DNA of 64,000 bases from an uncultured Gammaproteobacteria bacterium (GTDB lineage: Bacteria; Patescibacteriota; Patescibacteriia; Magasanikbacterales; GWA2-37-8): assembly GCA_964496095.1 (NCBI GenBank), contig CAZBWU010000005.1:19704-83703 (forward strand). The letters run 5' to 3'. The notes beneath the pieces are model-generated. The model had not been told where the DNA came from. It saw only the letters and a program-made list of their open reading frames with translations, and did no database searches. This document shows positions 29,068-39,376 of this stretch, one piece after another. The translations under genes and the position numbers were made by a program. Every line of letters begins with the position of its first letter. Positions within the stretch are counted from its first letter, which is position 1.

Positions 29068-30252
29068 ATGAAAACAAATACCGACCCACAAAAAATAGAA
29101 GAACTGTTAAGTCGAGGCGTGGAAAATATTTACCCTAAACGGGAATTTTTGGAAGCACAACTTAAATCCGGCAAACAGCTTACGCTCTATACTGGCTATG
29201 ATCCAACTGCGCCAACGTTGCATATCGGTCATGGTATCACTATGCTCAAGCTTCGTCAGTTCCAGGAATTGGGGCATAAAGTAATAATGCTTATTGGTGA
29301 TTTTACCGGTATGATTGGCGACCCGACTGACAAAACTTCTGCTAGACAAAAACTGACCCGCAAGCAGGTTTTGGAAAATTGTAAGAATTATAAAAAACAA
29401 GCAGGAGCTATTTTGAATTTAACTGGCAAGAATCCTGTGCAGGTAAAATTTAATAGTAAATGGTTGGCTAAAATGAGCTTTGCCGATGTAGTGGAGCTAT
29501 CTTCGCACTTTACAGTACAGAGAATGATGGAGCGGGATATGTTCCAAAATAGAATTAAAGAAGAGAAGCCGATTTACCTTCATGAATTTTTGTATCCGCT
29601 TATGCAAGGCTATGATAGTGTGGCGATGGATGTGGACGGAGAGGTGGGCGGAAATGATCAGACATTTAATATGTTGGCTGGCCGAACACTCATGAAAGAT
29701 TTGAAGAATAAAGAAAAATTTGTTTTGACAAGCAAATTGCTTGTTGATTCTAGTGGTAAGAAGATGGGAAAGACCGAAGGAAATATGGTGGCCTTTTCCG
29801 ATACGCCGGAAGATATGTTTGGTAAAGTGATGAGTTGGACAGACGGGATGATCAAAAACGGCTTTGATTTGTGCACGACCATGCCAGTTGTTGAAATAGA
29901 AAAATATTTAAAAGAAATTCCAAATCCTCGCGACCAAAAGCTACTTCTCGGATATGAAATCGTAAAAACATTTTTGGGAGAACCAGAAGCTCTTAAGGCG
30001 CAACAAAATTTTATTAGAAAATTTTCTGAAAAAGAAACTCCAGATGATATTCCCGAACTCAAACCAACTGCTTTAGATATTATTACCGTGTTAGTAGAAG
30101 CAAAAATTTGTAAAAGTAAATCCGAAGCTAGACAAGTAATATCTCAAGGTGGTGTAAAAATAAATGATAAGAAAGTAGAAGGTTTTGAAATGCAAGTAAA
30201 AGCAGGGGATGTAGTGCAAAAAGGAAGTCGTTTCTTTGTAAAAATAAAATAA
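29068..30252 (+). CDS. tyrS: Tyrosine-tRNA ligase
   Basis: GYDPTAPTLHIGH, YPLMQGYD, KMGKT, C-terminal S4 domain. Confidence 0.97.
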   Translation: MKTNTDPQKIEELLSRGVENIYPKREFLEAQLKSGKQLTLYTGYDPTAPTLHIGHGITMLKLRQFQELGHKVIMLIGDFTGMIGDPTDKTSARQKLTRKQVLENCKNYKKQAGAILNLTGKNPVQVKFNSKWLAKMSFADVVELSSHFTVQRMMERDMFQNRIKEEKPIYLHEFLYPLMQGYDSVAMDVDGEVGGNDQTFNMLAGRTLMKDLKNKEKFVLTSKLLVDSSGKKMGKTEGNMVAFSDTPEDMFGKVMSWTDGMIKNGFDLCTTMPVVEIEKYLKEIPNPRDQKLLLGYEIVKTFLGEPEALKAQQNFIRKFSEKETPDDIPELKPTALDIITVLVEAKICKSKSEARQVISQGGVKINDKKVEGFEMQVKAGDVVQKGSRFFVKIK

Positions 30253-30260
30253 CTTTACCT

Positions 30261-30385
30261 ATACTTTTTGTCACCAAAAAGTATCAAAAAAGTGTTGGGG
30301 TGGCAGAACTCCCGCCAGAGGCGGGCAGGCGCCTTTGTACTAAAGCTCCTTGTCTGCCTTGGGCGGAAAACAGCTGCCACCCCAA
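30261..30385. repeat. Structured intergenic palindromic element between tyrS and argS
   Basis: ATACTTTTTG/CAAAAAGTAT hairpin; TTGGGGTGGCAG (30295-30306) / CTGCCACCCCAA (30374-30385) stem; inner CCCGCCAGAGGCGGG. Confidence 0.7.
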
Positions 30386-30419
30386 ACCCCACGTACCGTT
30401 TTCAAAGTATAATTAAACT

Positions 30420-32123
30420 ATGACACTTACGATAAAAGAAAATATTTTTAAATTGTTGAAATCCGCTGGAGTGGAAGGGGAGATAGAATTGACCTCTCCG
30501 CCAAATCCAGAAATGGGTGATTTTGCTTTTGCTTGTTTTGGTGTGGCTAAATTTTGGCAGATGAATCCAGCGGAAGCGGCAAAAAAAATCAGTTCTCAGT
30601 TCGAAGTCCACAGCTCCCAGATGATTGAAAAAGTGGTTGCCCTTGGTCCTTATGTAAATTTTTATCTTAACTCTGGTAAAGTAGCGGATCTCATTATAAA
30701 AGAAATTTTAAAAAAAGGAAAAAAATATGGCATAAATAATTCCGGCAAAGGTAAGAAAGTTTTGATTGAGTATCCTTCTAATAATACTCATAAAGAATTT
30801 CATATCGGCCATTTCCGTAATGTTTGTATGGGCAATGCTTTGGTTAATCTGTACGAACAAAATGGTTATAAAGTTTATCCGGTAAATTATCTCAATGATT
30901 TTGGAAATCACGTGGCCAAGTGTTTGTGGGGTTTACAAAAATTTCATAAAGATGAAAAGCCTCCAGCCAATCAGCAAAAATGGTTGGGTGAGATTTATGC
31001 GGAAGCGAGCGCGAAACTAAAAGAAAATCCTGATTTTGCGCCAGAGGTAGCTGATGTGCAAAGACAATTAGAAAGCCATGATAAAAAATTATGGCCATTG
31101 TTTATCAAAACCAGGCAGTGGAGTATATATCAGTTTGCTAAAATTTTTAAAGATCTGGGTGTCAAACACAAAGCGGTTTTTTATGAAAAAGATCTCAAAG
31201 CCAAAGGCCAGAAAATGGTGGATGAGTTGCTCAAAAAAGGTATAGCCACAGTCGGTGAGGGTGGAGCGATTATTATTGATTTGAGTCAGTATAATTTAGA
31301 TGTGGCGTTGTTGCGAAAATCAAACGGCGCTGGTTTGTATCTGACGAGCGATTTGCCGCTCGCGACGGAGAAATTCAAAAAATGCAATGCGGATGAAAGT
31401 ATTGTTATTACCGGTATTGAGCAAAATTTATATTTTAAACAACTATATAAAATTTTGGAGTTAATGGGTTTCAAGAAAAAATTAACTCATATTGGGTATG
31501 GGCTCATAAATCTCAAAGAAGGTAAGATGGGCTCAAGGTTTGGCAATGTGATTTTGTATGAAGATTTGTATGCGGATATTTATGAAAGCCTAAAAGCCGA
31601 ATCTGTAGAGAGGCATGTTGACTGGAGTGATAAAAAAATTAGCGCCAATGCGAAAATTTTGGCTTTAGCTGCCCTGAAGTTTGATATGCAAAAACATGAG
31701 GCTAATAAAAATATTGTTTTTGATGCGAAAGAGGCGACTTCGGTTGAAGGTTTTAGCGGACCATATGTTTTGTATGTGGTCGCGCGAATAAACAGCATGC
31801 TCAGTAAAGCAAGTAGCAAATCGCAAATAGTAAAAAGCAAATTTTCGTTACTGGATAAGCCGGAAGAAAAGCGGTTGGTTTTGTGGCTGGGCAAGTATGA
31901 AGAAACTGTGGAAAAAGCTTTAGCAGAATATAATCCATCTGTAATGACTCGTTATTGTTTTGATCTGGCACAGGCGTTTAATAATTTTTATAATAATTGC
32001 AGTATTTTAAAAGCGGAAACCAAAGATTTAATGTCTGCCAGACTATCGTTGTCTGTGGCCACAAAAAATGTTTTGGAAAGCGCTTTAGGGCTTCTTACTA
32101 TTGACACGGTTGAGGAGATGTAA
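30420..32123 (+). CDS. argS: Arginine-tRNA ligase
   Basis: GDFA, HIGHFRN, NYLNDFG, KMGSR, GPYVLY..ARINS. Confidence 0.96.
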   Translation: MTLTIKENIFKLLKSAGVEGEIELTSPPNPEMGDFAFACFGVAKFWQMNPAEAAKKISSQFEVHSSQMIEKVVALGPYVNFYLNSGKVADLIIKEILKKGKKYGINNSGKGKKVLIEYPSNNTHKEFHIGHFRNVCMGNALVNLYEQNGYKVYPVNYLNDFGNHVAKCLWGLQKFHKDEKPPANQQKWLGEIYAEASAKLKENPDFAPEVADVQRQLESHDKKLWPLFIKTRQWSIYQFAKIFKDLGVKHKAVFYEKDLKAKGQKMVDELLKKGIATVGEGGAIIIDLSQYNLDVALLRKSNGAGLYLTSDLPLATEKFKKCNADESIVITGIEQNLYFKQLYKILELMGFKKKLTHIGYGLINLKEGKMGSRFGNVILYEDLYADIYESLKAESVERHVDWSDKKISANAKILALAALKFDMQKHEANKNIVFDAKEATSVEGFSGPYVLYVVARINSMLSKASSKSQIVKSKFSLLDKPEEKRLVLWLGKYEETVEKALAEYNPSVMTRYCFDLAQAFNNFYNNCSILKAETKDLMSARLSLSVATKNVLESALGLLTIDTVEEM

Positions 32124-32221
32124 TACTTTCATATTGGCTGCATGTTTGTTCTCGCCAAATTTTGGTTGTGAGCAGTGCAAGCCACGAATATAAACAATCT
32201 CAAAGAAAAAGAGGTGTGGCT

Positions 32222-33235
32222 ATGGACGCCTTGAAGATCTGGTTCTGGAATAAGGGACGGCAGTTTGGTTTGATTCTGCTGGAATTTCTCTGGAAGTTGG
32301 TTGTCCGGTTTTTTTATCAGCCGGATTTCATTTTCCTGGTCTACGGCCAGTTGCGCCACAAGCGCGCTTGCTGGTCTGAGAGAACGGAGAAGCGTATCGG
32401 TCTCTGTGGTTTGATCAGCTTCATCAGATGGAAGAAGGACGGTGTTCGGTTTCGTGGTTTGGTGATAGCTTCCACGGTGAGTATGGAAGAATTTAGCGAG
32501 CGACCCGAACTCGCTTTGAGAGTTGTTGAAGAAGTGAAAAAGCGCTTTCCTAAGGTGAAGGCAATTGCTTTGGCCGGGCAGCTTCCTGGATGGATTGCTC
32601 GTGCATCGGGACAAGCCCCAGTCACACCTTGTGTTGGTGGAAGTCTTGGAACTTGCTTTGCTGTAGGGCGGGCGGTATTTGAACTCTCTTCTTCTTTGAG
32701 GGGTGTGTCGGATCAACATGTTGTTGTGGTGGGTGGAGCTGGTCATACCGGTTCTCAGGTGGTTGAGGTCTTGTCGGTCGCAAATCGATTTAGAATCACT
32801 GCCTTTGATCGCCGTTTGTCAGAAAATGTCACAGGCAATGTTCGTCAAACCAGTGACCCTGTTTGTTTGGAGAGCGCCTCTCTAGTGGTGGTGCTTACTG
32901 CCCAAGGAGATGAAGTTAGATCTCTTGTTCCAAACATTAGGCGGGGAACGATTGTTGCTGATGACACGCACCCCATGATTGGTTCGCGCGTGCGCAAGGC
33001 GCTTTTTGACCAGGGTGCAAAGCTCGCCAAGATCACGATGACTGCAAATCCCTCCTTGAGGATGTTTCCGCGTCTTCCCGACTTCAAGTCGGATGATATT
33101 CCCGGGTGCCTTCTTGAGGCTTTGGTGGTTTCTGTGAGGGGGCGTGAAGTTCTCTCTAGCCAGTCAAGATTTGATGCGGAAGCTGAGCGTTTGGGGTTCA
33201 AGCCTAAGTTGGGGGATCACCCAACGTATTCGTAG
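32222..33235 (+). CDS. Putative NAD(P)-binding oxidoreductase (acyl-ACP reductase/COG5322-like), compositionally atypical (unit C)
   Basis: VVVVGGAGHTGSQV Rossmann motif, IVADDTHP; AGAGGTG SD before ATG 32222. Confidence 0.6.
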   Translation: MDALKIWFWNKGRQFGLILLEFLWKLVVRFFYQPDFIFLVYGQLRHKRACWSERTEKRIGLCGLISFIRWKKDGVRFRGLVIASTVSMEEFSERPELALRVVEEVKKRFPKVKAIALAGQLPGWIARASGQAPVTPCVGGSLGTCFAVGRAVFELSSSLRGVSDQHVVVVGGAGHTGSQVVEVLSVANRFRITAFDRRLSENVTGNVRQTSDPVCLESASLVVVLTAQGDEVRSLVPNIRRGTIVADDTHPMIGSRVRKALFDQGAKLAKITMTANPSLRMFPRLPDFKSDDIPGCLLEALVVSVRGREVLSSQSRFDAEAERLGFKPKLGDHPTYS

Positions 33236-33270
33236 TTGACTTCGCGAGCTTGTTGAAAGACAGTCTCGCG

Positions 33271-33315
33271 AAAAAACAAAGCATTCAATTATTTTTTTTG
33301 AATGCTTTGTTTTTT
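33271..33315. terminator. Terminator after unit C
   Basis: AAAAAACAAAGCATTCAA...TTGAATGCTTTGTTTTTT, preceded by a TTCGCGAG...CTCGCGAA hairpin. Confidence 0.7.
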
Positions 33316-33341
33316 AATAGAAAAAAGTGTATAATATTTTT

Positions 33342-34952
33342 ATGTTTGAATTAGATTTTATAAATATTATTGTTGCAGTTTCGCTTGTCATACACGCTGT
33401 GTTGTTGTGGCTTTTATATCGTTATGGTCGCACAACTCCCGGAGGTAAAGCATATTCAGTTGCAATTTTAGCTATCGCCGGTTGGATTTTACCGATGGTA
33501 TTTTATCGGAGTCATATTTTTGGAGAAGTTATTTTGTGGGCGCGCATGCTTTATATTATGGCGTCTTTTACTTCTACCAGCTTTTTTTTATTTACCTTCG
33601 TATTTCCTGATAATAAAAAACCGCCACTGTGGGTTGAATTGGGGCTTCTTATAGAAAATATTTTAATAATTCTACTTTGTCTTCATCCGACCCTTATGAT
33701 TAGAGGTGTTTCTTTTGTTGATAAAGGTGAAGATATTATTTTGTGGGGACCGTTGTATTTTGTGTATTCCTTGCATATCAGTACTTTTTTTATTTTGGGT
33801 TTTGTTAATCTTTTTATTAAAATGCGTCGTTCGGTAGGTGTGGTGCGTAGTCATATTTTATATATTCTCATCGGTTATTTTTTTGCTTCCAATTTAGCGA
33901 TGGCTACAAATCTGATTTTGCCATGGTTTGGGTATTTTGAATTAAATTGGATGGGGCAATTTTTTTCAACTATTATTGCCATCTTTACTACTTACGCTAT
34001 TTTGAAGCATCAGCTACTGAGTATAAAAGTTATTGCTACTGAGGGTTTTTTAATGATCTTGAATTTTCTTTTAATTTTACGTCTTATTATTTCCGAGTCC
34101 TATCAGCAGTTTATTATTAATTTCTTTTTAGCTTTAGTTGTTTTATTTATTTCTTATTTACTAATAAAAAGCGTATCAAGCGAAGTGAAAAGACGCGAAG
34201 AAACTGCCAAACTTGCCGATTCTCTAGAACGCGCCAATATTCAGCTCCAGGAACTTGATAAACAAAAAACTGAATTTTTATCTATTGCCTCGCACCAGCT
34301 ACGTACGCCATTATCAATTTTAAAAGGTTATATAGAATTAATTATTGATGGCGCCTATGGCAAGGTAGAAAAAAAAACAGTTAAGATTTTGCAAGACATG
34401 GATCTAAACAATGAACATTTAATCAAGCTGGTAGATGAATTTTTAAATATTTCTCGCATTGAGCAGGGGAGAGCCAAGTATAATTTTAGCTTAGTAGATA
34501 TAATTGGTATCACCGAAAGTGTAGTTAAAGATTTCAAAATCAAAGCCAAAGAAAAAAAGATAAAAATTTTATGGGATAAACCAAAAAATATACCGCAGGT
34601 TGATTGTGATCAAGAAAAAATTCATCATGTGGTATTTAATTTTGTTGACAACGCTTTGAAGTATAGCGAAGAAGGTGAGATAAAAGTTTTATTAACTCAA
34701 GAAGAAAAAGGAATTAGTATTCGTGTTCAAGACAATGGTATTGGATTTAATAAAACAGATGAGGTTAATTTTTATCAGAAATTTTATCGAGGTGAAAATG
34801 TAAAAGGGTCTAATGTGACTGGCACTGGCCTGGGTCTTTTTGTCTGCCGTAAGTTCATTGAGGCACACAATGGTCGGATTTGGGCTCGTAGCTCCGGCTT
34901 GGGCAAGGGCAGTGAATTTGGTTTTTGGATTCCTTTGAAACATGTGATATAA
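33342..34952 (+). CDS. Membrane-bound sensor histidine kinase
   Basis: Multiple TMs; SHQLRTPL (H box), NALKY, DNGIG, GTGLGL. Confidence 0.93.
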   Translation: MFELDFINIIVAVSLVIHAVLLWLLYRYGRTTPGGKAYSVAILAIAGWILPMVFYRSHIFGEVILWARMLYIMASFTSTSFFLFTFVFPDNKKPPLWVELGLLIENILIILLCLHPTLMIRGVSFVDKGEDIILWGPLYFVYSLHISTFFILGFVNLFIKMRRSVGVVRSHILYILIGYFFASNLAMATNLILPWFGYFELNWMGQFFSTIIAIFTTYAILKHQLLSIKVIATEGFLMILNFLLILRLIISESYQQFIINFFLALVVLFISYLLIKSVSSEVKRREETAKLADSLERANIQLQELDKQKTEFLSIASHQLRTPLSILKGYIELIIDGAYGKVEKKTVKILQDMDLNNEHLIKLVDEFLNISRIEQGRAKYNFSLVDIIGITESVVKDFKIKAKEKKIKILWDKPKNIPQVDCDQEKIHHVVFNFVDNALKYSEEGEIKVLLTQEEKGISIRVQDNGIGFNKTDEVNFYQKFYRGENVKGSNVTGTGLGLFVCRKFIEAHNGRIWARSSGLGKGSEFGFWIPLKHVI

Positions 34953-34990
34953 TTAAATTCTTAAAATAATCTAACTTTTTTATCAAACAT

Positions 34991-35470
34991 ATGATATTCC
35001 AAAGACAACAGCCAAAAATCCTTGAAGAAATTAATGAGGTAGAAATTGAAGAAATGCCTAGTCATAATGTTCAGGATGAAGTAGAAACAGTGGTTGGCCC
35101 TTCGGTCAACGTAGAAGGGGATTTTGCTTCTGAAGGAAATATCGTAGTCAAAGGAACTGTCTCTGGGAGTGTCTTTACCAGCAAGCATTTGACCGTTGAG
35201 CGTGGCGCCAAAATTATTGCCAATGTACGAGCGGGGAGCGCTACTATTTCTGGTGAAGTAAAAGGCAATATGAAGATAAAAGGAGCTTTGGAATTAACTT
35301 CTACTGCCAAAGTTACGGGTGATATCGATGCTCAAAATTTAAAAATCGAATCAGGCGCGATGCTCTATGGTAAGGTGACTATGCCGGGAATGGAAGTGGG
35401 AGAAAAAAATAGCCGACAAAAAAGTTCTTCAAAGAAAATAGACGAAGCCGAATCTCAGTTCCTGTCTTAG
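34991..35470 (+). CDS. Bactofilin (polymer-forming cytoskeletal protein)
   Basis: ETVVGPSVNVEGD...I.G.V.GN...LEL...AKV.GDI...L.IE.GA. Confidence 0.9.
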   Translation: MIFQRQQPKILEEINEVEIEEMPSHNVQDEVETVVGPSVNVEGDFASEGNIVVKGTVSGSVFTSKHLTVERGAKIIANVRAGSATISGEVKGNMKIKGALELTSTAKVTGDIDAQNLKIESGAMLYGKVTMPGMEVGEKNSRQKSSSKKIDEAESQFLS

Positions 35471-35491
35471 TGTGTCTAGTTTTTGGTAAAT

Positions 35492-36256
35492 ATGTATGTT
35501 TATATCTACGACAATTTTTTACGTCAAAAAAATTTCCTCTCTATCGTCCATACCATGGAGGTTATTCTTACCGACTATGGTATAGCCGGTAAAATTTTGC
35601 GTTTACAAAACTATACAGACTCCAAAACAATTATAGAAGACGAAATCAAGCGTGGTGCCAAGACGATTGTGATTGTCGGCAATGATGCTACTTTTGGTCA
35701 AGTCTTGTCTCGCAGTGCTACCAGCAACTGCACCTTTGGTTTTCTTCCCGTTGGCCCAAACAATACCATTGCGGAAGTTTTGGGTATCCCTGTCGGGGTG
35801 GAAGCCTGCACCGTCTTGTCCCGCCGTCGCAAAGAGTTTCTGGATGTGGGTTGGATGAATAATCGCTATTTTGTGTCTCAGCTCAAAGTAATGCCAGCCA
35901 AGTTGGAGGTAGTTTATGATGAGCGTTTCAAGGTGACGGCTACCGATAAAATGGAGGTAATTGTTTGTAATTTACAACCATTTTTTTGGAAAAAAGACAA
36001 AAGAGATAAAGAAGCGCACGTTGTCCATCCCCAAGATGGCAAGCTAGAAGCGTTTATCAGACCATTGACAAAGAGTGGCTGGTGGGGTTATAAATACGAA
36101 GACCCAAGTATCTTTCCTTTTGAAGAAATGACTATTACCGGCAAAGAAGCCTTTACTGTTGAGGCTGATGGTAAGATTTCCAAAGAAGTAAAAGTAAAAA
36201 TAAAATTGGCTCATAGTAAGGTAGAGATGATTGTGGGTAGGGACAGAAAGTTTTAG
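35492..36256 (+). CDS. Diacylglycerol kinase-like protein
   Basis: IVIVGNDAT, GFLPVGPNN.IA..LGI, LDVG, VEADG. Confidence 0.7.
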   Translation: MYVYIYDNFLRQKNFLSIVHTMEVILTDYGIAGKILRLQNYTDSKTIIEDEIKRGAKTIVIVGNDATFGQVLSRSATSNCTFGFLPVGPNNTIAEVLGIPVGVEACTVLSRRRKEFLDVGWMNNRYFVSQLKVMPAKLEVVYDERFKVTATDKMEVIVCNLQPFFWKKDKRDKEAHVVHPQDGKLEAFIRPLTKSGWWGYKYEDPSIFPFEEMTITGKEAFTVEADGKISKEVKVKIKLAHSKVEMIVGRDRKF

Positions 36257-36257
36257 T

Positions 36258-36911
36258 ATGAAACCGCAGGGAAAGGTAAAAATAAAATGGTCGCCAGAGT
36301 TCGCATATGCAATAGGGTTAATTACATCGGATGGTAGTTTATCAAAAGACGGCAGGCATATATCATTTGTTTCAAAAGATATAGAAATGATAAAAAATTT
36401 TCAGAGAAGCTTGGATTTTTCATGTAAAGTTGGTAAAAAATCGAGCGGTTCAAATAAGAATAAAATTTACAAATTTGTTCAGATAGGCGATGTAAGTTTT
36501 TATAATTTTCTTATTTCAATAGGTTTAATGCCTAATAAAAGCAAGGTAGTAGGAAGTGTCAAAGTTCCAAAAAAATATTTTTTTCATTTTTTAAGAGGTT
36601 GTTTTGATGGAGACGGGAGTTTTTATTCTTATTATGATAAACGATGGAAGTCTAGTTTAATGTTTTATGTAAGCCTTGCCTCAGCAAGTAAAACACATAT
36701 TTTGTGGTTAAGGGCCGAAATTTTAAAGAGATTAAAAATTAAAGGGCATATAGCAAAGAGCTTGCAAAGTTCTGCTTATCAGCTAAGATATGCAAAACAA
36801 GAGTCCCTTAAATTATTGTCTAGTTTATATTTAGATGATACAGTTAGCCTGTCTAGAAAGAAGTTAAAAATACTGAAAGTTATAAAAAGTAAAAAAGCGC
36901 GGGTGGTGTAA
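36258..36911 (+). CDS. Free-standing two-motif LAGLIDADG homing endonuclease-like protein
   Basis: YAIGLITSDGSL and FLRGCFDGDGSF motifs; basic and AT-rich; stop codon lies inside the tRNA. Confidence 0.85.
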   Translation: MKPQGKVKIKWSPEFAYAIGLITSDGSLSKDGRHISFVSKDIEMIKNFQRSLDFSCKVGKKSSGSNKNKIYKFVQIGDVSFYNFLISIGLMPNKSKVVGSVKVPKKYFFHFLRGCFDGDGSFYSYYDKRWKSSLMFYVSLASASKTHILWLRAEILKRLKIKGHIAKSLQSSAYQLRYAKQESLKLLSSLYLDDTVSLSRKKLKILKVIKSKKARVV

Positions 36912-36979
36912 TGGTAGCCACGCAGCCTTGAGGTGGCTGTGCCCGCAAGGGCATGGAGGTTCAAGTCCTCTCCCGCGCA
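36897..36979 (+). tRNA. tRNA-Leu(GAG), CCA not encoded
   Basis: GCGCGGG/CCCGCGC acceptor stem, CAGCC-TTGAGGT-GGCTG anticodon arm, long variable arm GCCCGCAAGGGC, GTTCAAGTC T-loop. Confidence 0.95.
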
Positions 36980-37073
36980 CTAGTTAAATATCGAATTGTG
37001 GTTTGATATTTTATAATTTATAGAATTTTCTAAATTTTATAAATAATCTTCAGGTTATTTTGTGAAATAATTT

Positions 37074-39047
37074 ATGAAACGAGAATATTATTCTAATTCG
37101 ATTGCTCTTTTCATAAAGTCTGATGTAGATGAGATACTTGGTAAATTGACACGAAATAGCGACTTTGATTTAGGGCAAAATCAGCGAGACGCATGGGTAG
37201 AAGAAATTAATATTTTGCAAAAAGTTTTAGCTTCTTATTCTGGCTCAATTTGCTTTGAATATTCTATTCCCAGAATGGGAAAGAGAATTGACACAGTTTT
37301 AATTATTGGGCCAGCTATTTTTATTCTTGAATTTAAGGTTGGAGATAAAGAATTTTCTTCCAGTGCGCTAGATCAGGTTTGGGATTATGCTCTGGATTTA
37401 AAAAATTTCCACAGCTCAAGTCATAATCATTTTATAGTACCTGTTCTTATTGCAACAAATGCAAAAAATATTTCTCCTGTTATTTCGTTAACTCCAAAGA
37501 GCGACAAGGTTCTTTTTCCTATAAAATCAAACCTGGAAACATTAAAGATTGTTTTAGATAATTCCTTGGCTTTATTAGACGGGAATAGTATTGATGTTGC
37601 AGAATGGGAAAAAGGAAGATACTGTCCTACCCCGACTATTGTTGAAGCGGCTATGGCTTTATATAGGGGGCATTCTGTTGAAAATATTTCGCGAAATGAT
37701 GCTGGGGCAATTAATTTGACCCAAACATCTGAGGTTGTGTCAGAAATAATCAGGTCTTCACGAGATAAATCACAAAAATCAATTTGCTTTGTTACTGGTG
37801 TGCCTGGTGCTGGAAAGACGTTAGTTGGGTTAAATATCGCAAATAAACATATTGATAAAGAAAATGATTTGTACAGTGTCTTTCTTTCTGGAAACGGACC
37901 GCTTGTAGCAATTCTGCGAGAAGCATTGACTCGTGATAGGGTGTTCCATGAGAAAGAAAAAGGAAATAAAATTACCAAAGGTGACGCCATGCGAAATGTT
38001 AAATTATTTATTCAAAATGTTCATAATTTTCGGGATGATTGTTTGAAGGATGAAAAACCACCAATTGAACATGTTGCTCTTTTTGATGAAGCACAGCGAG
38101 CTTGGAATTTAGAACAAACAGCTAATTTCATGCAGAGGAAAAAAGGTAAGCCAGATTTTAATCAATCTGAGCCAGAGTTTCTTATTTCTTGTCTTGATCG
38201 TCATAAGGACTGGGCAGTTGTTGTTTGTTTAGTTGGTGGAGGTCAAGAAATAAATACGGGGGAGGCGGGAATTAGCGAATGGATTAAATGTTTAAATAGT
38301 TCATTTCCAGATTGGAATGTTTATGTGTCTTCTAGGTTAACTGATAGTGAATATGGAGCAGGAAAAATTCTAGACCAAATCAAGGCTCATAAAAATGTAT
38401 TTATGAAAGATGAACTACATTTGTCTGTTTCGATGCGTTCATTTCGTGCTGAGCATGTTTCGTTGCTTATAAAACAAGTTCTTGATATAGATTTAGCAGA
38501 AGCGCAAAAAACATTAACACAGGTAAAATTACAATATCCAATTGTAATTACTCGTGATATTGTAAAAGCAAAGGAATGGTTAAAAAAACAAGCTCGTGGT
38601 TCCGAACGTTATGGAATGGTTGTTTCTTCACAGGCAGAGAGATTAAAACCTCATGCAGTGTTTGTAAAGTCAGCCATGGACCCTATTCATTGGTTTCTTG
38701 ATGGTAAGGAAGATGTTCGCTCGTCGTATTACCTTGAAGATGTAGCAACAGAATTTGATATTCAAGGGTTGGAATTAGATTGGTCATGTGTAGTTTGGGA
38801 TGCTGATTTTAGGTATACAGTGACTGGTTGGGACTGCAGATCATTTGTTGGTAGTAAGTGGAATTATATTAAAAAATTTGAGAGGCAAATGTATTTAAAA
38901 AATGCATATCGTGTTTTACTCACTCGAGCCAGGCAAGGAATGGTTATTGTTATTCCACCTGGTGATCCTTTAGACCCCACTCGTAATCCAGATTTTTATA
39001 ATCCTATTTTCAATTACCTTAAAGATGTCGGCTTCGAAGAGATTTAG
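37074..39047 (+). CDS. DUF2075 (Schlafen group-3-like) helicase with an N-terminal PD-(D/E)xK-like domain
   Basis: RID.VL...ILEFK; GVPGAGKT Walker A; FDEAQR; QGLELD; [13 protein letters not shown]. Confidence 0.85.
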   Translation: MKREYYSNSIALFIKSDVDEILGKLTRNSDFDLGQNQRDAWVEEINILQKVLASYSGSICFEYSIPRMGKRIDTVLIIGPAIFILEFKVGDKEFSSSALDQVWDYALDLKNFHSSSHNHFIVPVLIATNAKNISPVISLTPKSDKVLFPIKSNLETLKIVLDNSLALLDGNSIDVAEWEKGRYCPTPTIVEAAMALYRGHSVENISRNDAGAINLTQTSEVVSEIIRSSRDKSQKSICFVTGVPGAGKTLVGLNIANKHIDKENDLYSVFLSGNGPLVAILREALTRDRVFHEKEKGNKITKGDAMRNVKLFIQNVHNFRDDCLKDEKPPIEHVALFDEAQRAWNLEQTANFMQRKKGKPDFNQSEPEFLISCLDRHKDWAVVVCLVGGGQEINTGEAGISEWIKCLNSSFPDWNVYVSSRLTDSEYGAGKILDQIKAHKNVFMKDELHLSVSMRSFRAEHVSLLIKQVLDIDLAEAQKTLTQVKLQYPIVITRDIVKAKEWLKKQARGSERYGMVVSSQAERLKPHAVFVKSAMDPIHWFLDGKEDVRSSYYLEDVATEFDIQGLELDWSCVVWDADFRYTVTGWDCRSFVGSKWNYIKKFERQMYLKNAYRVLLTRARQGMVIVIPPGDPLDPTRNPDFYNPIFNYLKDVGFEEI

Positions 39048-39128
39048 AATATTGACCAAGACGGTCTCTTCTTTCAATTTCCCTCAAAAAATGCTAAAAT
39101 TCCTTTAGTATTTTTTTATTATATTTCT

Positions 39129-39371
39129 ATGCGCTATTTTATCGGTATTGTCCTAGTCTTAATCGGTGTGGCTTTAGTTCTCAAAACTGAATGGTTTCTT
39201 CAAAACTTTGGTAGTAATGCTTGGGCAGAAGAAAAATTTGGCACTGCGGGCGGTTCGCGTTTAATGTACAAGCTTATTGGTATTGCCTTTATTTTTTTTG
39301 GGTTTCTCTCTATAACCAATATGATTAATGGTTTCTTGATGGGAACGTTGGGTAAAATTTTTATTAGATAG
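39129..39371 (+). CDS. Small two-TM membrane protein
   Basis: Two hydrophobic segments flanking WAEEKFG.GGSR. Confidence 0.7.
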   Translation: MRYFIGIVLVLIGVALVLKTEWFLQNFGSNAWAEEKFGTAGGSRLMYKLIGIAFIFFGFLSITNMINGFLMGTLGKIFIR

Positions 39372-39376
39372 TTTCT

